Positions 24,490 to 36,977 of a stretch of 64,000 nt of DNA are shown here, piece after piece (within the stretch, counting starts at the first letter, position 1; the number at the start of each line of letters is the position of its first letter). The notes beneath the pieces are model-generated. The model worked only from the letters and a program-made list of their open reading frames with translations. It made no database searches and had not been told where the DNA came from. The stretch is taken from positions 25,085,542 through 25,149,541 of the forward strand of contig NC_069001.1 in NCBI RefSeq assembly GCF_001194135.2, read 5' to 3'. The stretch is from Octopus bimaculoides. Its lineage: Eukaryota. Made by a program: the position numbers and the translations under genes.

Positions 24490-25860
24490 TAGTTAAAATT
24501 TACAGAAAGTAGAAGATGAAGTCAGGTGAAGGAACAAGACGTAGCTGTATTAGTTTCACGCTCGGGAAGAATGGAAATGTCCTTGATCTTTCTACGCTCT
24601 TTGGAAAAAAGGATTAAGAGGGAAAACAAATATATATATATACATATATATACATGAGTACCTATATCTAATATGGTGGGGACTATATTATGTATGTTTA
24701 AGTTATATAAAGTTGCAGGGACAGGGTTATTGGAAATGTTATTGCGATCGGTGTTCGTGATTTCGTTGTGTAGGTCTATGGTAGGGTTGTATGTATTTAA
24801 GTAGTAGGAGCTAAGTTTGTTTGTTAGATGAGGTGATAATAGATTCTATATTTGGTGTAGATGAATAGGATAATTTCAAAGTGGATCCGTTAAAGATAGA
24901 ATGATACTTGTTGTTACGTGGGAAATTAGAGTCTACTATTCTAAAGAAAGCTTTAGCGAGGCCCTTAATTTTTAAAGCGAATGGAGGTGTATACCAGAGA
25001 TTAGATCTCCAGCTGCTTTTATTAGGCAAATTTGGTGAGATGTAAGTACTAGTGTAATTTAGAGGTGAGTTGGATGGTTCGGAATTAGTATTCTTCGATC
25101 GAGTGTTAAGCTAGGTGCTAGGTGCTAGGTGCTACGTGCTAGGTGTGTGAGATTGTCAAAAGTAGTTTCGAGGGCTTGGATTTCCAAAATTGTGCGTATG
25201 TCTAGGGTTAAATTTAGAGAGATATTCCTTATCTCTGGTGTTGGGTATAAATCTAATCTTTCGGGAGAAACCACTAGCAGCTAGAGCTTGGTTGTAGTAA
25301 TTGGCGTAGTTATTGAAGATACGCTCAGTGGTGGATAGATCACATATTCTGATGGATATGGTTGTGGTTATACTCTCAAAAGTAGATTTATGGTGGCTAG
25401 ATACGGTGTTGATGTACTTAAGGTATTTATTGGATTTACGATATCGGAAGTATAGAGGTTAAATCTAATGTAACATCAAGAAAGCGAAGAATTTATGTAA
25501 GAGTTTTCTAGTTTTTTCTAATGTAGATTTTGTTAGGCCAGTTGCAAGTAACAAAGCGTCATCTCTATATAAACCTCCTTCGATGTTGGGGAATTGTGCG
25601 TAAAGATGTTGAAGGAAGTACAGTCCTACTGTATTCATGACGTGGGCGGAGTCGGATGAGTCCATAGTTATATCAAAAAAGTTATTTCTGTTAGTATTGG
25701 CGTTAGGATGGGACCAAAGCTTATCATCAAGGGTCTACCTGGCAGATACAATTACATCAATTTCTAAGGAAGTTATGCTGGTTACGTTTTTAACTAAATT
25801 GAGGGCGTTTTTTAAAGAGAATTGGTGATATAGAGTCGTAGTAATTGTTGATGTCAAATT
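24490..25860 (-). mobile_element. Penelope-like retroelement remnant 2 (RT core to linker) with diverged terminal repeat at 24490-24640
   Basis: Minus translation FDINNYYDSISP...ALNLVKNVTSITSLEIDVIVSAR*; MDSSDSAHVMNTVGLYFLQHLYAQFPNIEGGLYRDDALL (YRDD catalytic motif; cf. MGS.DGAEV.ELVGLY); WYTPPFALKIKGLAKAFFRIVDSNFPRNNKYHSIFNGSTLKLSYSSTPNIESII. The downstream repeat carries aagagcgtag and gagcgtgaaactaatac. Confidence 0.92.
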
Positions 25861-25889
25861 GTAGGTATGTATATATATATAATATATAT

Positions 25890-26040
25890 ACCAGTTTTAG
25901 TTTCTGTCCACCTAATCTAATCCCAAATCTTCGGCCCGCGGCCTGAGGCTATAGTACAAAATACTTGACCGAGATGCCACTCGGTGGGACTGAACCCAAA
26001 ACCATGTAGTTGGAAAACACGCTTGTCACACAACCATGCT
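25890..26040 (-). mobile_element. SINE family B head
   Basis: gcctgaggctatagtac...gggactgaacccaaaaccatgtagttgg is the reverse complement of the family B head. Confidence 0.8.
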
Positions 26041-26161
26041 TTTGCCTGTATATATATATATATATGTATATATATGCGAGTAAAAATAAATACAAAAAAG
26101 GGGTTTTTTTGTATGATTGTGTATAGAGGAATATATTATTTTGTTTAAAAGAGTTCCAACA

Positions 26162-26408
26162 CTGTCTGTTTTTTATGTTTTATTTATATTCCTGCAGAAC
26201 CAATGTGGGGTATAGAATATGGAATATACAATATATAATATAATATACAATATATAATATAAAATAAAATGAAATAAAAATGGATGGCATCCATTTTTAT
26301 TTTATTTTATTTTATTTTATATTATATATTGTATATTATATTATATATTGTATATTCCATATTCTATGCCCCACATTGGTTCTGCAGGAATATAAATAAA
26401 ACAGACAG
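26162..26408. repeat. Near-perfect ~250-bp palindrome (foldback element), right arm runs into a gap
   Basis: Arms ttcctgcagaaccaatgtggggtatagaatatggaatatacaat... and ...attgtatattccatattctatgccccacattggttctgcaggaa meet at tggat-ggc-atcca (26281-26293). Two mismatches and two small indels. Confidence 0.93.
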
Positions 26409-28374
26409 NNNNNNNNNNNNNNNNNNNNNNNNNNNNNNNNNNNNNNNNNNNNNNNNNNNNNNNNNNNNNNNNNNNNNNNNNNNNNNNNNNNNNNNNNNNN
26501 NNNNNNNNNNNNNNNNNNNATATATATATATATATATATATACAGAGAGAGAGAGAGAGAGAGAGAAGGTGAGAAAGAAAAGAGAGAGAGAGAATGGCAA
26601 AGTGTGAGAAAGCTTATTGAAAATGTGACAGTCTGTTGCATATTAATTAGGATGGAATGAACTTATGCAGCGATCATGTATACTATACCGAGTCGCTTAT
26701 ATACGGAATCTCAATTCAATACTACTTAGATTTCGATACCTTAATTAATGCAGTTATTCCAGTCCTTTTTTTTTTCAGTGCCATGTTTTCTGAAAGACAT
26801 AAATCAGAACTTCCGTTATCATCAAGACTGCTGATGCAGAGTCTATAAATTTTCAATTCTGTTTCGTAATTGGTTATATCATTATCGTTGAAAGACCAAA
26901 TATATTTGAAAATGAAATGTGTTTTTTGTGAATGTATTATTGAATACATATGTTGTGAGTATATTAAACCCAATGAAACCGGTGATATTAAATAGATCTT
27001 GTACACAATTGACTAGGGATACATGCTGAGCCTTCAGAATCAACGTTTTCAAACACTTACTTTTTCAATGCACAGCATTAGATGAGTTGAAATTACATAG
27101 AAGAGTAGCGTTTTGGAAACGTCTCTTTTATTTTATACTGGCAATGGAGGCAATTATTTTTCATTGCATCTGCAACCCACCTTAATAACATTGTTAATTA
27201 AATATCTTATGATGTTGATGGTTTACGAGGAAATGCTTATTTAAAAGGTTTCCGAAATCTTGGCAACATTGCCATTGTTAATCAATTTATAGGTAGGATT
27301 ATGATACATAGTGCTTTGTTTTATATATTTACGCTTATGAATAGGTTATGCCTCCTTTGTTTCATGAATATTATCTTTCGATCCAATATATTTTAATACG
27401 TCGTTTTAATAATACGAAGTATACTCAAATTATTCCACCTGGGCTGATAAAGAGGATATACACTTACTAGTTTTATCATCTATGTTTATTTTTTTCCCCC
27501 AGGGGATGATAAGATTTTATATGTACTGCAATTTCTTACCAAATTTAGTGTAATCGCAATATTTATAAACACCTAAACCTTGATTTATATTGAGGGAAAT
27601 AAGATTATCTAGATTCATATAACTGTAATCTTTAAAGTTAATTCCTTGCACATGCTGGTGAAACCTTTCAAGTAGACATACTACAATTTCGCATGATGGA
27701 TAATGTCAAGAAGGAATTCGTGAACATATTGAAATAATTATATTGAAAGATTAGAGAACAAATTTATTTAAGCATTTTAATGACATTCATATAAGCGTAA
27801 ACGTACGCACTAATCATTAATGGTTTTATGATAAATTTTAATAAATCCCCGGAATAATTTCACACTATTCACACAAAAGATTATTAATAAAAGTAAAGAC
27901 TTCGATGCAGTTCACCATTTAATGCAAAATTTTATCTCTTCAGTTGATTACTGTAATAAGCATATTAAAAAGTAAAAGCATCAACAAGTGACACATTGCA
28001 TATAGTAGAACACTAATTTTCATAGCCACAAAATCAAGAAGTGAAAAATTTTATGGTATAATATTCCATAAAGCTTAAATTTTACGGAACATTTATATGC
28101 CAAAATATCGCTATATATTGAATCATATAATAGGGTGAAGGAGAGTTTCAGTAGCACCAAGCTCGTAGCCACTATAATAGTCATTAATTAGTGAAAGACC
28201 GTGATCACTGTAATAGCAACAAAAAAGTATATGCCAAGTGAGCATAGCTTTTTAAGGAGCAGAAAGTCCTTTGGAAATAATTGTGGGAAAAAAAGCATAA
28301 CTTGCTGAAATATTTAGAGAAGTTGGAAAACATGCATTCTGTTAAGATTCCTCCTCCAGGAAGAATTTTACTTA

Positions 28375-28510
28375 AAACGACCCCAATACTAATTTTTTAA
28401 AGTTTGGTGCATCTTACATCGGTCTCCTTTGCGAACTCTCTTCTACGTTACAGTGACGTAAACAAAGTAATAGCATTTGTCAAGCGGTTGGTATGAGACA
28501 AACACAGACG
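28375..28510 (-). mobile_element. SINE family B tail remnant
   Basis: atcggtctcctttgcgaact...gacgtaaacaaa...ttgtcaagcggttgg...gacaaacacagac matches the reverse-complemented tail. Confidence 0.6.
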
Positions 28511-28512
28511 AC

Positions 28513-28560
<48 letters not shown>

Positions 28561-28577
28561 TATGCATACATATATAT

Positions 28578-29530
28578 ATTGGGCTGGTAAAAAAAAGTTC
28601 GTAGCGGTTTTCAAGTAAAATCCATTAGCAATATTTAAATAGTTGTAAACACATTTACTCAATCACAAATTATCCATTTTCTTCCACTACCTTTCGCCAT
28701 CTTTGAGGCAGCTTAATAATCCTATCGTCCCATAGAATTTTGCAGGGATCGGAATAAATGATAATCCGAAGATAAGTGAGTTGGGTGGGACATTTCAACC
28801 AAGATGCTCCAAAATCTGCCTGGTCTGCAAAGAACGTGCCGTCTACCGTTGTCCTGATTTAAGATGACACCCTTTCGGTTGCCCAATTCTGGACGTTTAT
28901 TATCAATTGCCTCCTTTAATCAGTCGATTTCGGAACAAAGAAATCTGAATTTAACGCCTGAGGTTTGTGGAAGTAGATCGTAATACATAACGCCTTTGCA
29001 ATCCTATCGGATACAGAGCATCACTCGCTTCGAATACAAACCAGCTTTTGGAGAGAAGGAAGGCGGTTCATGTCGTCTCCCCCGGGATCTTTTTCGTTTT
29101 ATGTTGTTATAAATAATCCATTTCTCCTCACTCGTGATAATTCTTTTCAAAATTGGAACGTTTTTATTTCGTCTGAGCAGAGAATTACAGATGGAATTCT
29201 GCTGTATTAAGTTCCTGTTTTTTTTTTCCTTTAAGTTATGAGACACCCAAATATCATAGCGATTTACATTGCCAAATATTTTTGAATGGTTTATAAGACC
29301 CAGATGAGATATGTGGAGAACGTCCACGACGTCACCTGTTGTGTGACTTGGATTATTTTCCATTTGTATCTACGACTGTAGGATTCCTGGTACGTTAACG
29401 ATCTTCCTGGTAAACATTTTCAGATTTACACCTAGAGAACTACTTACGAATAGTAGTTTTAGGTATGACACCATCTCCATAAACACTACATATCTTCTTT
29501 GGTATTTGTGCAGCTTTTTTGCCCTTCTGG
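28578..29530 (-). mobile_element. Mariner element, 5'-truncated and internally deleted transposase pseudogene
   Basis: FFYFQKGKKAAQIPKKICSVYGDGV; PILKRIITSEEKWIIYNNIKRKRS...PKAGLYSKRVMLCI; KRPELGNRKGVILNQDNG; SDYHLFRSLQNS, then a deletion, then KLPQRWRKVVEENG. TIR-like tattgggctggtaaaaaaaagttcgtagcggtttt at 28578. Confidence 0.92.
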
Positions 29531-29548
29531 AAATAAAAGAACTGTGTG

Positions 29549-29612
<64 letters not shown>

Positions 29613-29718
29613 TGTGTGTGTGTGTGTGTGTCATATAATCTGTCACACGATAAAGCATATCACATGATTAAACAACACATTCAAAAAAGCTACGTACACT
29701 TTTACCCTTCCAACATAT

Positions 29719-29749
<31 letters not shown>

Positions 29750-29844
29750 AATATATAGATACACGCACGCACGCAAGTTTCATCTGCTAAATCCTCGCAA
29801 AAAGTTTGGGTCACTTCGTGAGTATGTATATAGGTATGTATATA

Positions 29845-29962
29845 CAGGGTGTCTACAAAGTCTGGGTACATGGAGTAAATATTAACATTATAATTAAATA
29901 AAATTGTTTTGTTTTAAAAGCACGTGTTAATCCCCATGTACCCAAACATTTTGGACATCCTG
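29845..29962. mobile_element. 118-bp Tc1/mariner-type MITE with TA TSD
   Basis: TA|cagggtgtctacaaagtctgggtacatgg ... ccatgtacccaaacattttggacatcctg|TA; ~29-bp imperfect TIRs. Confidence 0.85.
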
Positions 29963-30485
29963 TATTATACAAGTGTTATATGCACACATTTCATCAATAC
30001 ATCATCAAATTTCCACGTGAGTAAATGACAGTATCCTGGTGTATGAACAGGATATTCGGACGCGTGAATCGGGAGATGCATCTTATACAGCGTCTTAGAT
30101 ATTTGATCAAATCAATATGCACTGTAGACTAAATATACTTCAATCAGATGGCAAATATACTAATTTATGTGCTGTAATGCTTATACTCTACAGTTAAGCC
30201 AAATAAGCTGTTAACTGTCCAACATTTGATTCAAGCGTTTATTAAAATAAACATATTTTTATTCATGTTTACCGTACACCTTTCTTGATTTTAATCCCAA
30301 GAGACCCCACATAATGCGCAAACATATACAATCGCTCACAGACAAACGAAGAAGTATGCACATATGAACACATGCACACACAGAGGCGCAAACGCACACA
30401 TACTAATATACTGACGTACACACAGGCACATGTGTGATTTTATACTCAATATGCACACTTCTTCATAGATAAATATATATAAGTC

Positions 30486-30910
30486 GCAGGTATGGCTGTG
30501 TGGTAAGTAGCTTGCTTACCAACCACATGGTTCCGGGTTCCATCCCACTGCGTGGCACCTTGGGCAAGTGTATTCTACTATAGCCTCGGGCCAACTAAAG
30601 CCTTGTGAGTGGATTTGGAAGACTGAAACTTAAAGAAGCCCATCTTATATATATATATATATGAATGTATGTATGTATGCGTATGTGTGTGTAAATGTTT
30701 GTGTGTCTGTGTTTGTGCCACCAACATCACCGACTTAAACCGACAGTAGTGTATTTACGTGCACGTAAATTAGCAGTTCGGCAATAGAGACCGATAAAAA
30801 AGTACTTGGCTTACAAAGAATAAGTCCTGGGGTTGATTTGCTCGACTAAAGGCGGTGCTCCAGCAAGGCCGCAGTCAAATGACTGAAACAAGTTAAAGAC
30901 TAAAAGAGAG
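30486..30910 (+). mobile_element. SINE family B, full length (tRNA-like head + CORE-like block + internal microsatellite + tail)
   Basis: Head gcaggtatggctgtgtggtaagtagc...gggttccatccc; gcaccttgggcaagtg (CORE-like); internal (TA)/(TG) tract; tail ending ggtgctccagcaaggccgcagtcaaatgactgaaacaag. Confidence 0.9.
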
Positions 30911-31505
30911 TAAGCGTATTAATGAATAATAAATTGCTCCATGGAGTGAATTTACTGCTATTTATTTTCGCGTGTGAGAATCGAATATTCCAAGGTGTCG
31001 TTGAGAAATCTGCATGTATTGAAGTACATGCGATCACATTTAGACCGACTATCATAATGTTCCAGCCTTTCTAATTTCATGCGCCAATATACTTATCTGA
31101 GATGATGCGAATGATACTTATTCAGAAACCACTCAATGTAATTGAAACTACTTTCTAACTTTTTTGTCGTCTCGAAGACATCTCAAATTTCCAGTCATAT
31201 ATTTAATAAACACTCACGCGCGCACACAGAGACAATTCCGACATACACATATTTATCTATGTAGAAAGATAAATATATGTATATGTATATATGTNNNNNN
31301 NNNNNNNNNNNNNNNNNNNNNNNNNNNNNNNNNNNNNNNNNNNNNNNNNNNNNNNNNNNNNNNNNNNNNNNNNNNNNNNNNNNNNNNNNNNNNNNNNNNN
31401 NNNNNNNNNNNNNNNNNNNNNNNNNNNNNNNNNNNNNNNNNNNNNNNNNNNNNNNNNNNNNNNNNNNNNNNNNNNNATATAAATGTATATATATAAATGT
31501 ATATG

Positions 31506-31553
<48 letters not shown>

Positions 31554-31563
31554 CATATGTATG

Positions 31564-31619
<56 letters not shown>

Positions 31620-31804
31620 TACATATATACGTATATACATGTCTCTCTCTCTCTCTCTTTGTATATATATTCTTTTATCATTTTATTCGCTTACTTGCTT
31701 TACCCATCGCATTTGGAATGTATGCGTGTATATACACATACACACATACAGACCCCCCCCACACATATATATATATAAATATACATACATACGCACATAT
31801 AAAC

Positions 31805-31960
31805 GATGGGCTTCTTTTTTACTTTCCGTTCGCCAAATCCACTCATAAGGCTTTGATCTGCCCGGGACTATAGTAGGAGGCACTTGCCTAAGGTACCACG
31901 CTCTGGACTAAATCCAGAACCATGTGGATGAGAAGGAAGCTTCTTGCCACACAGCCACGA
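31805..31960 (-). mobile_element. SINE family B head
   Basis: Reverse complement of 30490-30640 (ccaaatccactcataaggctt...gcacttgcctaaggtaccac). Confidence 0.85.
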
Positions 31961-32115
31961 GTATGTATAAAGATATATTTGAATATGTATATCTATATAA
32001 GCTATAGATAGCTGCACAGATAGATGCCTATATATATGTGTGTGTGTGTGTGTCTGTGTGTATTAAATTAGTATAAACAGCGGTTTGAAATTTTTCACCA
32101 AAATGGAGAAAAAAT

Positions 32116-32428
32116 TATAATTTTCACTAAATGTGACTAGGGTGGTAGGAACAGCTAGAAATAATAGCTAGGCAGCTCTAATTTTGTAGTTAACGCACAT
32201 GAATGAAGACATACACCCTAACGGTGATTGTAATCTTCCGAAAAGTGCCGATCGAGAATATTTAATGCTGACGTCAGTGTTACGCGTTGTTGGTCGGCAG
32301 TTTTCAGACTTTTACGATCCCTGTTAGTTTATATGTTGCATTAACTGCGGCATTAGAGCGGTTTAGCTCTTATTTCTAGTAATGTAGGTGTTTCCTAACA
32401 CTCTAGTCACATGTAATGAAAAATTATA
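32116..32428. mobile_element. ~313-bp old degenerate palindromic (foldback/MITE-like) element
   Basis: Left tataattttcactaaatgtgactagggtggtaggaa...ctagaaataatagctaggcagctctaat mirrors right attagagcggtttagctcttatttctag...ttcctaacactctagtcacatgtaatgaaaaattata. Symmetry continues inward (gaaaagtgccga / tcggcagttttc) to a central ctgacgtcag at 32268-32277. Confidence 0.85.
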
Positions 32429-32439
32429 TNNNNNNNNNN

Positions 32440-32476
<37 letters not shown>

Positions 32477-33325
32477 AGGAGAGAGAAAGAGGAGGAGAAA
32501 GAGAAAAAGTGAGAGTTCTAGATAGACAGGTACATACAGTTAGATAGATATAAACTACACACACATTTCTTTAAATGTAAATATGTAAATATACAGATGT
32601 GTATTAATGTTATTAGATTCATGTATTTTCCCCTTCATTTTAAGATCTTATATCTCCTTTCTCAATACGATGGTCTGGTGATTTCGAGGCTTTCTTATTT
32701 TTTTGTCAAACAAATGTTCAAGTTAAAATGGTAAATAGATAGAGATAAGATAAAATAAAATATATGAGCCAATTTAAAAGAACACACATGAAAAAAAAAA
32801 AGACCTAGTTAATGCTAGTAAATATAAATACGCAGCTAAATAAATGGTGTGTGTTCTGTTTTGGCAAAGCAACAATATGAAACCACAATATATCTATAGA
32901 TATCGTATGAAATATATTCTTTCAAAACTGTTATTCTTCTGCATGTTCTTTTTATTGATATTGCTGTTGCTGCTGTTATTATTGATGTTGTCGTTGTTGT
33001 TGTTGTTTATTATATTGCTGTTTGTTTGTGGTTGGGTTTTTATTTTTTAAATTTTTTGCTGATGATGTTTTGGTTTCGATATGGTTGAACGAGAATGGAA
33101 ATATATATATACGACCATTATGGGAATAGCTCAGAAAATTGTCAAAATGCTTGTTAAGGGAAAATATATTTTTCACGATATTCACATTTTTAAATATNNN
33201 NNNNNNNNNNNNNNNNNNNNNNNNNNNNNNNNNNNNNNNNNNNNNNNNNNNNNNNNNNNNNNNNNNNNNNNNNNNNNNNNNNNNNNNNNNNNNNNNNNNN
33301 NNNNNNNNNNNNNNNNNNNNNNNNN

Positions 33326-33374
<49 letters not shown>

Positions 33375-33376
<2 letters not shown>

Positions 33377-33560
33377 ATATGCTTGTGTCTGTGTTTGTCC
33401 CCCAACATCGCTTGACAACCGATGCTGGTTCGGCAAATGAGATCGATAGAAAAAGTACTAGGCTTGCAAAGAATAAGTCCTGGGGTCGATTTGCTCTACT
33501 AAAAAGGCGGTGCTCCAGCATGGCCGCAGTCAAATGACTGAAACAAGTAAAACAGAGAGT
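33375..33560 (+). mobile_element. SINE family B tail after (TA)n and a gap
   Basis: gtttgtcccccaacatcgcttgacaaccg...ggtgctccagcatggccgcagtcaaatgactgaaacaagtaaaa. Confidence 0.88.
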
Positions 33561-34379
33561 AAAAGAGTAAATATATAATCTAGAGAAAAAACCCCACAAT
33601 TATTTTATCCATCCATGAAAATCCACAATCACATATAGAAAAATTTAATAGGTAAATACACTATAAAGGCCTATCATAAAAATCCAAAAACTACAAAGTA
33701 ATAAATATTAAAATAGTAAAAATGATTACACGTGTTTCATAACCATATTTTCAAAATACAATAATAATAATGAAACTGATTAAATCCTTGATGGACGTAA
33801 AATTAAATGTAGACATAAATTAAATTGTTTATATAAGTTTAGCTAATTGTGTGTGTGTATGCATAAGTGCTTGTTTGATTGTGTATTTATGTAAATACAT
33901 TAATTTATATGTATGTGTGTGTACATACATACGCACATGCAATATATGTATGAATGTATGTATGTGCACGCATATATACTACATCTTTATATATGTGTTT
34001 TTCTAACATAAATGCGTGTGAGTGGTTGGGTAAACGTGTGGTGATAAATTTGTTAACACTTGGGGTTTTCAATAATTTTACGCATATATATTTCTATGGA
34101 TGCATTATATGCATTTTATCTCTGAAGGACATACATTTATACACGCACCTATGCCTAGAGTATGCAACTTCTTAAAGATATTACATACTGCGCCGCCCAT
34201 GTGTCTGGCACATTTCCAAATTCATAACCTCCTAAAACGTTGTCTTTCGAAGAATATTGTAAACATATTGATTCAAATATATAAGTTTATCCTCATATAC
34301 TCAGAGATAGGTATGTGTGGATTTATTGAGAACGTGTGTTTACTCGGTGTGTATGTATGCATAAATTCGTATCGTATTC

Positions 34380-34490
34380 ATTTTATGAGTCCTACTAAAT
34401 TTATGAGTCTTATTAATTTTATGTGCCATATTAATTTATATATTATGTGTCTTATTAATTTTTATACGAGTCTTATTAATTTTATATATC
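34380..34490. repeat. ~20-bp AT-rich minisatellite (ttatgagtcttattaattt-like), about 5 units
   Basis: Read directly. Confidence 0.75.
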
Positions 34491-34544
34491 AATCTTCTTC
34501 CTAATTGCTGTTGTTGTTGTTGCTTGTTCCTTCTCGTGCCATGT

Positions 34545-34805
34545 CTGGCTCAGAAGGGTCGGTTTCCCGGTTTCATTGGCGTATAGGTTCCCCACCTGGA
34601 CAGGACGCCGGTCCGTTACAGGTGAGCTGCTAGATGCAGGAGGAAAGAGAGAGAGAAAGTTGTGGCGAAAGAGTCAGCAGGAATTCACCATTAACTCCTG
34701 CGGGTGTTTCGCTCATAGACACACACATCGCCCGGTCTGAGAATCGAACCCGCCATCCCTCGTCCACGTGTCCGCTGCTCTAACCACTAGGCCATGTGCC
34801 TCCAC
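34545..34805 (-). mobile_element. SINE family A, short-tail variant, internally deleted
   Basis: The minus strand begins ggaggcacatggcctagtggttagagcagcggac with B box gggttcgattctc. The tail gggaacctatacgccaatgaaaccgggaaaccgaccc resembles that of 11237-11545. Confidence 0.82.
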
Positions 34806-35584
34806 TCTTTCTAGAACGAAGAAGCTTAATTAAAATTTTGATCATTAGCGATTCCCTAGTAAGATCATTTATAGTTGCATATTTTATTTTGGGTAAGTCG
34901 CGAATATCATTTCTGCTCCAGTTCTGAATAATATAACCTTGCATGGCAAAACACTATGTATGATTTGGTGTTTTGATATAAGTATCATATAAATCCATTT
35001 TACCAAAATCATTGCAGAGTATTTCATATAATATGAGCAGAGTCTAAAATAGTCATTAACAATAGTAAGCAATATACTTCATAACTATTACTTTATTATA
35101 TGCATGTATGTATGCTCAAGCATATTTATATGAGTGTGGGAGCGTATACAATCCACCTGTATATATATACATACATATACATTAATACCAACACATGTAC
35201 ACACATATTCATGTATCTGTATGTATATGCTAGCTTATTATATTTACAATGGTCTAAAAATCAATGTCCGTTCTGTGAACTACATTTTTATATATTAGTT
35301 AGTTGTACAATGTATTGGATTATAACAGCCGAACATAACATATAGTATACCGATCCGATTATGTAAATATGCTCTTGTATCGATATGATGCAATAAATAT
35401 CTTAAAACCTCCTCTGTGTCTAAACCTGAACAAAGGTCAGATTTCTCCAAAACATAAATATAAATCATTGGAAAGTTATATTATTTCTCAGTGTCTGGGC
35501 ATAGTGTCCTACTTTTGTTGTATAAAATGAACCACATTGCCAAACAAATGATGCTTCAAAATTGCTAAATATTCATTTGATTTA

Positions 35585-35790
35585 GGCGGCGAGCTGGCAG
35601 AATCGTTACCACGTCGAGCAAAATTCATAGTGGCATTCCATGTCCTTATCTCCTGAGTTCAAATTCCATCAAGACTGAATTTACATTTCGTCCCTTCGAG
35701 GACTATAAAATAAGTACCAATTGAACACGTGGGTCGATATAATCGCTTAATCCCTTCTTCCGCAACTGCTGGTCTTGCACTAAAATTTCG
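35585..35790 (+). mobile_element. SINE family C (~200 bp)
   Basis: ggcggcgagctggcagaatcgtta...tgagttcaaattcc...ttcgagg.ctataaaataagtacc...gggtcgatataatc. Many other copies occur in the window. Confidence 0.8.
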
Positions 35791-36102
35791 AAGCAATATT
35801 CATTCCATCAACACTGTAACATATTCACTGACAAAGCCAAGCAAATTAAAATACACCTTATGTCTTTACATCGAACGATAGGATATATCTAGTCTTCCTG
35901 ACAATGCATTTGTCGGTTGCTATGGGTGACGGAAAGCATATGCATAATGGCAGAGAAAAGCTTGTTTCTTATGTCCACCAAATATCTATTTATCTACTTT
36001 TATACCCCAACGACATAGTCAAGTTTCGTATATACAACTACTCTATGAGACGGAAGCATTTCTATTCAAATTACGAATTGTGTATCACAGCCGAAGTGTA
36101 TA

Positions 36103-36175
36103 CAGTAATCCCTCGCCGTATAGCGGTTACCCTATCGCGGTATATTATATCAGCTTATGTCGATTCATCCGCGAT
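36103..36175 (+). mobile_element. Solo pogo/Tigger-like terminal inverted repeat
   Basis: TA|cagtaatccctcgccgtatagcgg resembles pogo/Tigger TIR starts. No partner TIR was found downstream. Confidence 0.35.
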
Positions 36176-36399
36176 GTTGCTTGCATTTATCATAAGATAA
36201 ATAGATACCATAAATTTGGAAATACGATTAACAGGTTTCCAATCATGTTTAACAACTTCATTGATTAATTTGATTATTTGCCAAATAAAATATATTGCGC
36301 CATTTCTAATCACACGTACCAAATCGCCTGATGTACTTAGATCGTATGGCCCACGATCATATATTCTTGTGTCCCAATCCTGGATTAAGTGGCACTTGT

Positions 36400-36400
36400 T

Positions 36401-36457
<57 letters not shown>

Positions 36458-36520
36458 GTATCTATGTATCTGTCTATCTATCTATTAATCTACCTATATG
36501 TTTGTCTGTCTGTCTATCTG

Positions 36521-36581
<61 letters not shown>

Positions 36582-36628
36582 GTATTTATACCCACCCACA
36601 CTCACGAATATGAGTGCGTGTTTGAGTT

Positions 36629-36661
<33 letters not shown>

Positions 36662-36665
36662 ACGC
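36400..36665. repeat. (TA)n, (TATC)n, (TG)n compound tract; a (GATA)n tract follows at 36940-37005
   Basis: Read directly. Confidence 0.95.
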
Positions 36666-36942
36666 GTGCGCTCTTAGTATGCATGTGTTCCATTTGTAAT
36701 GGTGGATTCTAAGAAAAAAATAACACTAAATCCATAGATTATATAAACAACAAATACAAATTCAGATTTTAGAAAAGATCTTCAGGCTTGGAGAGATGCT
36801 GAGCTCTATATACAAACACACAGATAGACTAATAGAAATAGGTTTATGGATACATATATGGATAATCATATGTGTCATATATATATATAGGTAGGTATGT
36901 AGGTACGTGGAGATATGCAGACAGAAATAAGTAGATATAGGC

Positions 36943-36977
<35 letters not shown>

